Assembly: GCA_964016885.1 (NCBI GenBank)
Contig: OZ024741.1
Location: forward strand, 331,886,001 to 331,950,000
Reading direction: 5' to 3'
DNA from: Eledone cirrhosa
Lineage: Eukaryota
DNA: 64,000 nt
Below are positions 41,358 through 55,484 of the stretch, in pieces (position 1 is the first letter of the stretch; each line of letters starts with the position of its first letter). The notes beneath the pieces were generated by a model, which was not told where the DNA came from, searched no databases, and was given only the letters and a program-made list of their open reading frames with translations. The translations under genes were made by a program, and so were the position numbers.

Positions 41358-42591
41358 AGGGCGGTGGATTGGCAACATCGGTAGAGCGTCAGACACCATA
41401 CTTTACAGCATAGAGTTATGGCCCTTTACGTTATGAGTTCAAATCCTGCCAAGGATAACTTTGCCTTTCATCCTTACGGGGGTCGATAAAATAAAGTACC
41501 AGTCACGCACTGGGGTCGATTTAATCGACTTTCTCCTCCCCAAAAATTGCTGGCCTTGTGCCTATATAAGAAACCATTTGTATTGTTGTTGTTGTTGTTA
41601 CTATTGTAGTTATTACTATTATCGTTACAGTTATTATATTATTATCATCATTCTGTATCAGAAAGACATGGTCATCTGATCTGGCTTGTCTCACAACAGG
41701 ACAACTCGTCTAACCCATGCTAGCGTGGGAAAATGGATGTTAAACAGTATTGATGATGATGATCATTGTAGAGTTGAAGTCCCATTGAGGTCAACTTTGC
41801 CTTTCCTCCTTCCAGAGTCAATAAAATAAAGTAGCGGTAATGTACTGGGGTCGATATAAGCAACTTTCCCCACTGCTGTCCACAAATTGCTGTCCATGTT
41901 GCCTAAATAAGAAATCCTTATTATGATTATTGTTATTGATCCAAGATTTTAGGGAGAAATGTTAGGGGCAAAGTCAATTCTCTGCCTTATTATCATCACC
42001 ATCATCATCATCAGATTTTTTAAATATTTATTCTTTTAGTTTTTATTATATCTTTTTTATACAGAAAAAGCCACATTGTATCATTCTGTGCCATTCTTTA
42101 TTGTTTGCTTAATGTGAACCCTGTGTGGCTAATAAAGAAATCATTTTTTTGGCAGTAATTGATAGTGTTGGAAAACATGCTTTGCAGTATATAGTTACAT
42201 CCCTTTATGTTCTGAGTTCAAATCCCACCAAGTTTAGCTTTGCTTTTCACCCTTACGATGTCAATAAAATAAAGTACCAGTAATGCACTGGGGTCAATTT
42301 AATTGACATTCTCCTCTCCCAAAATTGTTGGCCTTGTGCCTAAATCAGAAACCATTAATCCCGTCGAGGTTAACTTTGCCTTTCATCCTTATGGGGTCGA
42401 TAACATAAAGCACCAGTAAAGTAGAAACAATTATTATTATTATTATCATCAAGGGTTCAAATCCCACCGAGGTTAGCTTTGCCTTTCATCCTTACGGGGT
42501 CAATAAAATAAAGTACCAGTAACGCACTGGGGTTGAATTAATCAATATGCTCCTCTCCCAAAATTGTTAGCATTGTGCCTAAATCAGAATC

Positions 42592-42593
<2 letters not shown>
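41358..42593 (+). mobile_element. Cluster of about five main-family SINE copies or fragments (more at 44180-44262, 50149-50327, 58731-58835)
   Basis: Repeated tttgcctttcatccttacggggtcgataaaataaagtaccag core. Confidence 0.88.
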
Positions 42594-42626
<33 letters not shown>

Positions 42627-42932
42627 TTTGAGTCTCAGTAATTGATGTTATTTAACTGGAAAGTTTGTTGAAATGAATATCAAGCCGCTACCTGCAGCCT
42701 CAGATATTCAGGATGTATCGTAGGGTTCTTACTGTTCCCAGCAAGCATGTCTTTTGAAGTGTTCCAAAAAACTGGGCTGGACTAATCTTCTTTAACCATC
42801 CTTGGAAACTCTTTGAGATAGCACCTAGTGTGCCTATGACAATCGGGACGACCTGGATCTCATGGCAGTTCCAAATCCTTTTTAACTCCCACTTTAAGTC
42901 CTGGTATCGGTTAATTTTCTACTTCTCCTTTT
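42594..42932 (-). mobile_element. R4/Dong-like non-LTR 3' end (RLE C-terminus) with (AAT)n tail
   Basis: Reverse complement translates KEK*KINRYQDLKWELKRIW..VVPIVIGTLG..LQKTCLLGTVRTLR; abuts (TAA)n. Confidence 0.85.
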
Positions 42933-43104
42933 TTGCACTCTCGTGTCGAATGGGCAGGCTACATCTACAATCAGGCACGATCTTTTTTCCTTGTCCAATT
43001 TTTACACGCAGAAATGCCCATTTGTACCGTCCTGTATTGTCCTGTACTGTCCTTAATGTCTACTTTGTGTAAACCCTTGTGGTTAATAAAGAAAGCATTA
43101 TTAA

Positions 43105-44120
43105 AAGACCGAGGGATAGCGCTTGGAAACTGGAATGTCTCCAGGCGCTCACTGCCCTCTGCCAGCTGGGCACCAGTTTCGGTGGAACATCCACCTCGGC
43201 GTTCTATGAAGGACTAGTGGAGGGGAAGAGCGACAACATTCTCGGAGAGATCCTGAGTGTCGAAGAAGATCAGTTGTTTGCTCTCTTCCGGAGGACTTTC
43301 AGCCCAGGGCCTATGGATAACTTCCAAAAATCCCTGGCCTGGCAGTGCTACTGGGGAGCGCTCCGGTTCGAGATAAGCTCTACAGGCACGGAAGTGCCGT
43401 CAGCCGAGCCTGTCCAAGATGCGCGCAGAGTGACGAAACCGTCGTGCACGCACTCGTTCAGTGCCCGAGCATTGCTGACTTGTGGAGCTATGTCAAACAG
43501 TTGCTGTCGCATGTAGGACTGATCCAGTTATCGACTGAGTCCATTGTGCAGATGGTCTCGCCGTCTTCCTTCGAGGAGGAAGGGCAGGCGGTTTTCATCT
43601 GCCTGGTGGCCATAGCAAAAGAGATTGTGTGGTAGACAAGGTTAAAAGGGTTAAAGACAGACACTTTCCTCTTCGGCGAATCCCTAATTAACTTTTTCAA
43701 GTTTCACTTGAAGAGGAAAATCAGGGTGGAGAGGCAAGTGCTGTCTTCTAGCAAGTTTGTTGAAAGGTGGGTGAATGTAGCGAGAATGGTCCAAGTGAAC
43801 GGGACCGCTCTGAATATATGTCTGTAGTTTGAGAAATGGAAAAATTGAGAGAGGGTGCTTGCACTGGTGGTCAGGGAGGCCATGGTCTTTCACCATGAGT
43901 AACCCTTGGAGGTTTCCCCCCTATTGGGAATTTTTCATTGTTTCAATTTTCATTTTTATTGTTTATATATATATATGTTTCTATGTCCTTTTTTTCTTTT
44001 CTTATATAAATAATAAAAATATTTACACGCACAAAACCCACATCGTACCGTCCTGTACCGTCCTGTGCCGTCTGTAATGTTTTTCTTGATGTCAGCCCTT
44101 GTGGCCAATAAAGAAATCAT
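43105..44120 (+). mobile_element. L1/Tx1-like 3' fragment with CCHC knuckle
   Basis: ACPRCAQSDETVVHALVQCP; homologous to 14189-14810; ends gtggccaataaagaaatc(att)n. Confidence 0.85.
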
Positions 44121-44260
44121 TATTATTATTATTATTATTAATATTATTATTATTTCCAATATCATATTTACTTTACTTTATTTCATCCTTACGGGGTTGA
44201 TAAAATAAAGTACCAGTAATGCACTGGGTAATTGCTGGCCTTATGCCAAAAGTAGAAACA

Positions 44261-44346
<86 letters not shown>

Positions 44347-45048
44347 CATTATTAATTATTATTACCAATATCATTGTTGCTGTTGTTATTGTTATTGTTA
44401 TCTTTATTGAGGAGGTGGGTCGAAGAGGGGGAGCTTTCTAATGCCATGGCAGCGATTTTCTATTTCCATATTTTGTAATCAAAACTCATGGCCTTTTGCT
44501 TTTGGATCTCTGACAATTGAGAAAGGCACAATAAAATCTTTTTTGATGACCATTTCAAAAATATGCTTTTCAGAAATATAATCCAATTAAAACAGCAAAT
44601 ACTTTTTAACAAAATCATTGAAAGAACAAATAAATAAAAGAAGAAATAATATTTTTGAAAATTTCCTTTTCTTTTCATTTCTTTTTTGAAAGGGTGGGGG
44701 TGGAAGGTATTGTGGGTTTTCTGATATTAGTGTAAGTATGTATGTGTGTTTATGCATATGTGCATGTATGTATGAATATATATGTATGTATGCGTATGTA
44801 TATATATATATATATATCATCCTTTTACATCTGTTTTCTAAAGCTTGCATAGGTTGGACATATGTACATACACAAACACACACACAAACAAACACACACA
44901 CAAACACACACACACACAAACAAACACACACAAATATGTATATATTATGTTATTTTTCATATTATTATGTTAAATTAAATTCGTAAAATACAAAAGTACA
45001 AATAAAGAAGAGAAAGAGGGAGAGCAAGAGAGAGAGATAGAGAGATAG

Positions 45049-45144
<96 letters not shown>

Positions 45145-45401
45145 TGAAGTATAAAGAAAAATATTTTAAAATGAAAAGTATAAAACTGCTGATAGCAATA
45201 TGGCATGCCAATATAATATGGACCGTTCGGCTCACTGTATTAGTCTGAACAGCAAAATATAAATTCTATTAAGTTGAGAAAATGGAAGGAATCAAAACAA
45301 AGCAAACATACCCGCAGTCCCACACACTCACACATATATAGGGACACATACATGAATACATACGGACAAATATACATATATATATATATTTATATGTATA
45401 T

Positions 45402-45484
<83 letters not shown>

Positions 45485-45569
45485 TATACACACACACATA
45501 TATATAAATATATATACATACATACACACACATACACACACATATATATATATATATATATACATACAT

Positions 45570-45618
<49 letters not shown>

Positions 45619-45753
45619 CATACACACACACACATATATATTTATATATACATATACATACACACACACGCACACACATATATATATTTATACATATATA
45701 AGCAAACATACATACACATTTTTATGTATCCAAATACATATCTATGAAACATA

Positions 45754-45805
<52 letters not shown>

Positions 45806-46704
45806 TGCATTGTAATACATGAGCATACATACATACACCTATGAAATTCATTCATGTATATGTATATATTTATACATTGAAATGCATGTGTGTACATATA
45901 TACACACAAATACATCTAACACTGAAACCAACTTTGCTGCTAGAACTATCACTGGGAGCGTCTCTCCCATTGAAATGTAGAAATAAAATTAATACATATA
46001 TACTGTATATATGTAGGCATACATGCATATGTCTGTGTATCCATATATATGCATGTATGTATATATACACTGATAACAGCACTAGAACCAATGACAACAA
46101 TAAATGAAAATAGATTTAAGGTGTAAAAATCAATAGATTTAACGTTATTATTCATTTACAGCCTTTTTATTGAAAATAGATACACATACATTATGTGTAT
46201 GTATACATACATATATACAAATATATATACACACATATGCATGTATATAAACACACACATATGTATATATAAATGCACACATATATACACATACATTATG
46301 TGTATGTATACATACATATATACAAATATATATACACACATATGCATGTATATAAACACACACATATGTATATATAAATGCACACATATATATATACATA
46401 TATATATGCATACATACATACACACACACATATATATCTATATATATACACACACACACATAAATATATATATAGATACATGCATGCAGGCATACATACA
46501 TAATTAGATATAAATTTATAGTTATATATATATATATACACACACTCACACACACATACACGCATATATTGACATGCATTTTATATTAAACATATTCCAC
46601 ACTCACATACACTAAATTTTAATACTTACATGTGTGTGTGTATGCGTAAGCATGTATATCTACCTATCTTCCTCCCCAACCCTTTCTCTCTCTCTCTCTC
46701 TATG

Positions 46705-46804
<100 letters not shown>

Positions 46805-47122
46805 TGTGTGTATGTGTAACCTAGAGCTTCAGCTTCAATGATATTCCTTCATAGCAGTGTGAGATAAAACTAATACCTAAGTGATGTTAAGTTGCTAGGA
46901 ACCTTACCACCCACCCAACCCTCACCGTCTATATGATTTATTCATGGGGAACGTGTACACTAATTGCCTTCTCATGACAAACACAGAGTCAGTTGGAATA
47001 TTTCTGAAAGATACTAAAGAATCAATCCAAACATATATATATATATACATACATATATACATACACACACATATATATATATATATATATACACACATGT
47101 ATATATACGTACATAGATACAT

Positions 47123-47312
<190 letters not shown>

Positions 47313-47662
47313 TAAAAGAAAACTAAAAGAAAAAATAATATAAACGAAATAAAGATAAAGATGAAATAAAAATAAATGGAAACAATGAAATAAATTAATA
47401 AAACAACAGCAGCAGCAGAAACAACAACATCAGCAACAGCAGCAGCAACAACAGCAACATCAGCTGAGAATAAACAGGAAAAACAATATGGTCTTTTCGA
47501 ATGGAAATTGGATTTTGTGTTAATCTATAGCAAAGCTATTTCGAGAAAAATGTCTGCTACCCATTAATAGAATAATAGATTTTAGCTGAGAAACAATGTT
47601 CCAATCAAATAATAAAGTAGAATTTGGTGTATATGTGTGTGTATATATATATGTGTGTATAT

Positions 47663-47722
<60 letters not shown>

Positions 47723-47753
47723 ACATACATTCCTATACACATGAAACCTATAT

Positions 47754-47982
<229 letters not shown>

Positions 47983-48493
47983 TTTCATGTGTGTGTATGA
48001 ATGTATGTAGGTATATATAGATATAGACATGTATATATATATATGTATGCACATGTAAGCATGTATACATACTTATATATATACATATACTGTATTTGTG
48101 TGTATGCCATCTCCCTTCCTTGCTCTTTACACATGTACGGATGTGTGTCTGTGGTTTCATGAGTTTGGTATTTATGTTTCTTGGTGTGTGTACACACATG
48201 TCTATATGCAAATGTGTGTGTATATGAACTGATGTCTTTGTGTCTAAGAATTAATGTGTAGGGCAGTATTGCATTATCTTTTGTTTTGTTTTTCTTGCAT
48301 GTTTATATATGTATGTGTGTGTGCGCATGTATGTATATATGTGTGTGTGTGTATGTATTTATGCACGTGTGGGTTGGTGTATATCTAATTGTGTGTTGAT
48401 GAATGTATATGTGTTAGAGTAGGTAAAGTACTGAGTGTACTCTACATGTTAATCTACTAATGAACATAATTTTATTTGTGTCTTCTCAATGTT

Positions 48494-48529
<36 letters not shown>

Positions 48530-48624
48530 AGTGTGTGTATAAACATTGGAAAGACATGGAAACGACAAACAGAGATACAAAAGTCTTATTAGGTTCACGT
48601 TTCATATGAAAAAGGGAAAAGAAA

Positions 48625-48659
48625 GTTCGATGTGTTGGGCTTTAGCCCTTCTTCAAGAG
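48625..48659 (-). ncRNA. Degenerate minimal hammerhead motif
   Basis: Reverse complement reads tTGAAGA-a-gggc taaa gccc-aacacatc; C3 and G12 are lost. Confidence 0.35.
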
Positions 48660-48914
48660 TAGTAAAATAGAGACAGGATCACAACGGATAGATACAGAAA
48701 ATAAAAGATACTCCAAATAAAAAAAAACAATATATATATGTTATAAATAATGACATATACAGATAAATATCTATATCTATATATGTATATATATATCACA
48801 TATACACACTCATACAAACAAACACATATATACATGCATACATACATGAATACACAACCTCACATCTCTCTCTCTCTCTCTTTCTTTCTCTCTCTCTCTC
48901 TATATATATATATA

Positions 48915-50010
48915 TCATCATCACCATCATCATCGTTTTACATCCATTCTTCCACGCTAGCATGGGTTAGACAGGTTGTCCTGTTGTAGGCAGTGACTGG
49001 TCGGCTGACCATGTCTAGCTCATACGGGAACTGATTCTGGCTTGATTTCTACAGCTGGATGCCCTTCCTAACACCAACCTCATTTACAGTGAGTGCTGGG
49101 TGCTTTTTTCCCGTGGCACCTACACGTCCACTTTACAGTGTGGGCTGGGTGCTTTTTTGCCATGGCACCTCCACAACCACTTTTCAGTGGGAGGGGATGG
49201 GGGCACGTTGTCTATATGCTTCAGCTTTGGCTTGTACCCGTGGGGGGTCGGGTCTTCTGTATTACTGCATGACGCCAGAGGTCACGGTCGTGTGTCATCA
49301 CCTTTGAGAGGTGTAATTGGGTAAGGTCAGCTTTTATCACCACTCCGCGGTTTCCATCGACTTCTACTGCTCTGCACCTTTTTATGCAGCTGTCATCCTT
49401 CATACGCATCACATGTCCATACCAATGCAACCGCCTCTTCTGCACACAGCATTTGATTCCTCTTATGCTCAGTCTCTCTCTCAATTCATTTATGCTTTGA
49501 TGTTCATGTATATTACTATTACACATCCATCGGAGCATGCAGGCTTCTTTTCTTTCTAATCTACGCAAGTCTTCCACAGACAGCGCCCAGGTCTCACTAC
49601 CATGTAACATTGCTGTTCGTATACACGCATCATAGAGTCTGCCTTTCATTTTGAGGGAAAAAGCCTTTTGCAGCTAGCAGTGGCAGTAGCTCCCTGAACT
49701 TCTTCCATCCCGTTCTTATCCTAGTTATTGTACTTTCCGAACACCCACCTCCGCTGCTAATTCGGCCACCTAGGTAGCAGAAGCTCTCTACTGTTTCTAC
49801 AGAGTCCTCCCAGAGTTTGGTGTTACTTGTTTCCTGTGGCTGTTTGCTGCTTGCTGTCCCAGTACAGCTGCTACATGTGAAGCCTACATTCTTAGTTAAG
49901 CTTCTTGAGATCCTGCTACATCTCTTGTGTACCCATTGTTTGCATGTGGGGCAGAGAATGGAGTTCTTACCTACACCTTTCCTACATACTGAGCAAGGCC
50001 ATTTCCCATA
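48915..50010 (-). mobile_element. RTE subfamily B, 5'-truncated, with PHD-like finger
   Basis: WPCSVCRKGVGKNSILCPTCKQWVHKRC, FCYLG and LHGSETW. Confidence 0.93.
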
Positions 50011-50139
50011 TATATATACACACATACACATATGGGGATTCCATATATCCATGGTGCAAGCATGGGGGAAATATTTTCATGGAAGATCAGGTGCTTTTTC
50101 TCCACACAGTTCTCCTGTTGTCTACAACCACAATATTAT

Positions 50140-50578
50140 TTAACATTTTTGGCAGTATCGGTAGAGGGTTGGATGCCATGCTTTCTAGCATAGTTACGTC
50201 CCTTTACAGTCTGAGTTCAAATCCCGCCGAGGTTAACTTTGCCTTTCATCCTTACGGGGTCGATAAAATAAAGTACCAGTAATGTACTGGGTATTTGCTG
50301 GCCTTGTGCCTAAAGTAGAAACAATTATTAGTACTAAACCATCTGAAACCCCTTCGCTGATTCTGTAATACAGTGCCATTCATTTTAAAGTGTATTTATT
50401 TATCAAAAAAAAATCTTCCAATATAATTTTATGTAGGAACATTTGTTATATCCTAAACCAACTATATAAAGAAAAAGTTAAGAATATTACTAAATTCTTC
50501 CAAACAAATTCTTGATTATTTTCAAAATTATTAATAAATCAGTGTCTTCCATTAGAGATAAGGTCATGAAAGGGTTAA
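50140..50578. mobile_element. piggyBac-like MITE (TTAA ends) with a SINE in its left end
   Basis: Right end gaaaggg-TTAA; left ttaac.. is interrupted by SINE 50149-50327. Confidence 0.5.
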
Positions 50579-50697
50579 GGAAGAGACTAAAGGCTGATGG
50601 TGATATAGTTTGGCTCTAGTGTTATCAGGCAATACAGCAATCACAATGCAAATAGCTGGAAAATATGCCACTCTGTATGTGTGTATATATATATATA

Positions 50698-51016
50698 CAA
50701 AAACAAGATGGCGTAGGACAGAACAAAGGAGAGGCACAAAAAACAAAGAAAAGAATCCCCAGTCACTGAAGAGGTCACAGAATGTGTGACGAAAGAACTT
50801 TGACAATATATAAACAATCATCTGGTTGTGGAACCAACCAACCAACCAGAAATTTATAAATTCCTAAATTTATAAATTTATTATAATAAATTGAAGTGAA
50901 AGCAACTGGTGCATGTGTTTCTTATTGGCAACATGACCCTCCCAAAGTATAACAATATCGGTTTCAACACACGTTTTCAGATAAAGAATCTTGCTAAACA
51001 AATTCAGAAACGAAAT
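50698..51016 (+). mobile_element. Solo PLE pseudo-LTR with hammerhead motif (50762-50804)
   Basis: Reverse complement of 3559-3815 plus ~60 bp of extra tail; TA flanks. Confidence 0.88.
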
Positions 51017-51339
51017 ATATATATATATATATATATATCATCATCATCATCATCATCATCATTTTACGTCTGCTTTTCCCTGCTTGTGTGAGTGTGTGTG
51101 TTCAAGCTGCCCACACTATGAAAGTAAACCTTTTTTAATATTTGATAAGATTAATATACCAATTTAAACTGGTAATATTTGACAAAATTTCAATCCATTT
51201 AATGTAACAATTATAAAAAATATCTATTCTGTTGGATTAAAGAAAAAAATAATCTTTAAATATATCCCTGTGCTTTTTCACTTTTACTTTTTACCTAAAG
51301 CTTTGATTTGTATACAACTTTACCTGATTCTTCAACTAA

Positions 51340-52230
51340 ATATCAAAAGTATGAGAGTAAACTTAGCCAAAACTAAATTGCTAGTTAGTAGGAGAGAAGA
51401 TAAGACCCGGATTTCCTCAGGAAAGTTGCCATGCTCAATATGTAGAAAAGAAGTAGGCATAAACTCCATACAATGTACACAATGTAAATCTTGGGTACAC
51501 AAAAGATGTAGTGGGATAATGAGTAGACAACTAAGAAGGGAGAACTTAGCATGTAGAAGATGCTCAGGAGAAACCGAGAGGAAGAGTGCCAATATGATAT
51601 AAGCCTTTTCCAGTCACTGGAAGGATCCATAGACGTGTCCTAATTAGCAGTAGAAGAGGGTGTGCTGAGGGTATAATAGCTAGAATAAGGATAGGATGGA
51701 AGAAGTTTAGAGAACTACTCTTACTGTTGACAACAAAAGGTTTCTCCCTACGTACAAAAGAAAGGCTGTATGATGCCTGTGTGTGGAGCGTGGTACTGCA
51801 TGGTAGTGAAACATGGGCTGTAACTGAAGAGGACATGCGTTGATTGGAAAGAAATGAAGCAACCATGTTTCATTGGAGTTCAATGTAAGTATGAGAGAAA
51901 GGCAGAGCATGGATGAGCTGAGGAGTAAGCTGAGTGTAAGGGGAATCCAAGGTGGTGTGCAGGAGAGAAGACTACGTTGGTATTGACGTGTGATGTGCAT
52001 GGACAATAACCGATGGGTGAAGAAATACCAGGAAATCCCAGTGGAAGGAAGCTGCAGTAGAAGATGACCAAAACAGACCTGGGCAGAGGTTGTGAGAACT
52101 GACCTCAAATTGTAAAGACTGGCAGAGGAGATGACAAAGGAAGGCGACAAGTGGAGAGATGTCATGCTGAGGAGGACCCATCCAACCCATGCAAGCATGG
52201 TAAAGCTGACATAAAAATAATGATGATGAT
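51340..52230 (+). mobile_element. Old RTE fragment with PHD-like finger
   Basis: VNLAKTK..PCSICRKEVGINSIQCTQCKSWVHKRC; many stops; GAT tail. Confidence 0.88.
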
Positions 52231-53060
52231 ATATATACATATATATATATATATATAGTGAATTTTGAAAAAAAAATTTATATCCAAAGTTGACAGAGCA
52301 CTCATTCCAAGGGATCAGTTGAAACATACTAAATTTGGTTAAATTCACATTTTCTTCTGTGGAATATGCAGGAGCTGGTGCAGTAATGCGCAAGCCTCAC
52401 TGCAAAGTGGTTGTGTAGGAGACAGTCTCCCAACAAATCTTGCCTCAAGTGGGACAATGCCGTCTAACCAATGCTAGCATGGAAGAAGGACATTGAACAA
52501 TGATGATGATGATGATGATGATGATTATATATATATATGTGTGTGTGTGTGTGTCCTGGTTTTTTCAATAGGTAGGTACACAGATTCCATGAGTGTCATA
52601 AAATGTGACTAATTAAGTTGGTGCCAAGAAAAGTACAAGGCTTTAACACAGTATCTCAAAACACCTCATTCAACCCCTGCTAACATGGGAAAGTTGAGGT
52701 AAAATAACAATGATGATACACACATACACACACACCACACATACACACACAGGCAAGAACATACACAGATAAACACACACACACACATATTCACACACAT
52801 ACACACATGCACACACATACACACACAACCAACTAAAACCGTTTATGATGGAACCTCAGCACGGCAGCAATTCAGTCAAAGCATAAAAGTATATATATAT
52901 TTTTATATATTAATATATAAGGGAACAAAGAATCATATATATATATATATATATACATACATGTATATATGTAAGTATATATACTCTTTTACTCTTTTAC
53001 CTGTTTCAGCCATCCGGCTGAGGCCATGCTGGGGCACCGTATATATATATACATATATAT

Positions 53061-53126
<66 letters not shown>

Positions 53127-53551
53127 ATATATATATATATGTATGTATATATATATATATATACATACATATATACATAGATGTATGTATATATAGTGCA
53201 TGTGTGTGAGTTTATGTGGAATGTGTGAGTATGGGTGTGGATGTGTGACATGTATGTATGTGTGAGTGAGTATGGGTGTGGATGTGTGACATGTATGTAT
53301 GTGTGTGTGTGTATGCATGTGTGTGTGAATGCGTGTGTGTGTGTATGTGCAACATTTATATGTGTGTATGCATTTGTGTATTCAATGTAAAAGTAGTATG
53401 CAGGCATTTAAGTATGGCTATGTTAATGTCATACACTTCTATGTCGGAGTGCTTGTATCAATGTTTATGGCTAATTAGCTGCCACAGAATACATGCTTAG
53501 GTATGTATGAGCACACACACACAAATATCATTCCACACTTCCATGGGTTGG

Positions 53552-53605
<54 letters not shown>

Positions 53606-53609
<4 letters not shown>

Positions 53610-54889
53610 GACAACTACAGGAGAAGTACCTAGCTAAAGGTAAACCCCTCTACTTAGCTTTTGTCGACTTGGAGAAAGCCTTCGACAGAGTCCCCCGCTC
53701 CATTATCTGGTGGGCTCTTAGAAAACTAGGCGTTGACGAATGGCTTGTGAGGGCTATACAAGCCATGTATGAAGAAACAGTCAGCAAGGTTAGAATTAAC
53801 AACGAATATAGTGAAGAGTTTAGCGTAAAAGTTGGCGTCCATCAGGGCTCTGTTCTCAGCCCACTACTATTTATTATTGCCCTTCAGGCTATATCAGAGG
53901 AGTTCAAGACAGGCTGCGCATGGGAACTCCTATACGCAGACGACCTGACACTCATAGCGGAATCAATGGCCGAGCTAGAGAAGAAATTCCAAACATGGAA
54001 GCACGGCCTAGAGTCAAAAGGACTTAAAATTAACCTGGCTAAGACCAAAGTACTAGTTTGTAGGAAAGAAAACAAGGCGGCGGTCCCTTCTGGGAAATGG
54101 TCGTGCTCGGTGTGTAGGAAAGGCGTAGGTAGAAACTCCATTTTATGTCCTAAATGCAAAGTATGGGTGCATAAAAGATGTAGTGGAATCACAGGTAAGC
54201 TAACTAAGAACATAGATTTTACATGTGGCCGGTGCTCTGGTGCAATAAGTAGCAGCAAGTGCCCACAAAATACTAGCTCTTTCAATTGCGCAGAGGGTTC
54301 TATAGAAATAGTGGACAGCTTCCGTTACCTGGGCGATAAAATCAGCAGTGGGGGAGGGTGCTCTGAAAGTACTGTAGCTAGAGTCAGAACTGGTTGGAAA
54401 AAGTTCAGAGAGCTTATACCACTATTAGCTGCTAAAGGGTTCTCCCTAAAAATGAAAGGCAGGTTGTACGATGCCTGCATACGAACAGCAATGCTGCATG
54501 GCAGTGAGACCTGGGCATTGTGTGCAGAGGATATACGCAGACTAGAGAGGAATGAAGCTTGCATGCTCCGCTGGATGTGTAACAGTAATATACGTGAACG
54601 GCAAAGCATAAACGAACTAAGGAAAAAATTAGAGATAAGAGGGATCAGATGTTGTTTACTCGAGAGAAGGCTACGTTGGTATGGACACGTGATGCGCATG
54701 AAAGTCGATAGCTGTATAACAAAGTGCAGGGCAATAAAGATAGACGGTAGTCACGGAATAGGCAGACCTAGAAAAACCTGGGACGAGCTGATAAACTCCG
54801 ACATCACACACTTACACCTCTCCAAGACAATGTCACTGGACCGAGACCTTTGGCGGTACTCAGTAACAGAGAAGACCCGCCTTACCTAA
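53606..54889 (+). CDS. RTE reverse transcriptase C-terminal half (427 codons uninterrupted, no own start)
   Basis: FVDLEKAFDRV, GVHQGSVLSP, LLYADD, PHD-like finger, FRYLG and GRPRKTW. Confidence 0.9.
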
Positions 54890-55288
54890 ATATATAGTAA
54901 AACCTACTCCAGCCAGTAGGCATCTCTAACAAAATACACCCCGTCCCACCACCACCACCCCCACCCCATCCACACCACCCCGTTCTATGTAAAGTTATGT
55001 TGGTGCCGCGCCATCGAGGCCGAAACAAATGAGATCGTGTAGGTGTCACGACAAAAAAACACACAGTCCACGCTGTAATGTGGCCGTGTAGGCAACACGG
55101 TAAAAACCTCCCAGACCCACACTGTAAATGTGGTTGGTGTTAGGAAGGGCATCCAACTGTAGAAAACCTGCCAGACAGTCCTATGCGAGCAAGACAATCA
55201 CTCTTGCCTCAAGTGGGACTACCCCCGTCCAAACCCATGCAAGCGTGGAACACGGACGTTAAACGTTGATGATGATGATGATGATGAT
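53606..55288 (+). mobile_element. Young 5'-truncated RTE LINE
   Basis: Open RT C-half, 3' UTR and (GAT)n tail; TA tracts on both sides. Confidence 0.96.
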
Positions 55289-55484
55289 ATATATATATAC
55301 ACATATATATATATAATAATGAAATTATTGTGTAAAGTGCTCAGGTGTACTACAACTAGTCAAAGGTGTATGTATAGTACATAGAATAATATACAAATGT
55401 CAGGGAAGTGAATAGTGTATGAGTCATGGTATACATATCTGAGACGAAGTTAGCTGGAGATGGTCATCTTACAGAATTTTGTGG

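Noticed and set aside
46185-46385. 86-bp tandem duplication; also 14-bp repeats at 7101-7156 and 20477-20580
   Set aside because: Ordinary slippage or duplication of simple sequence.
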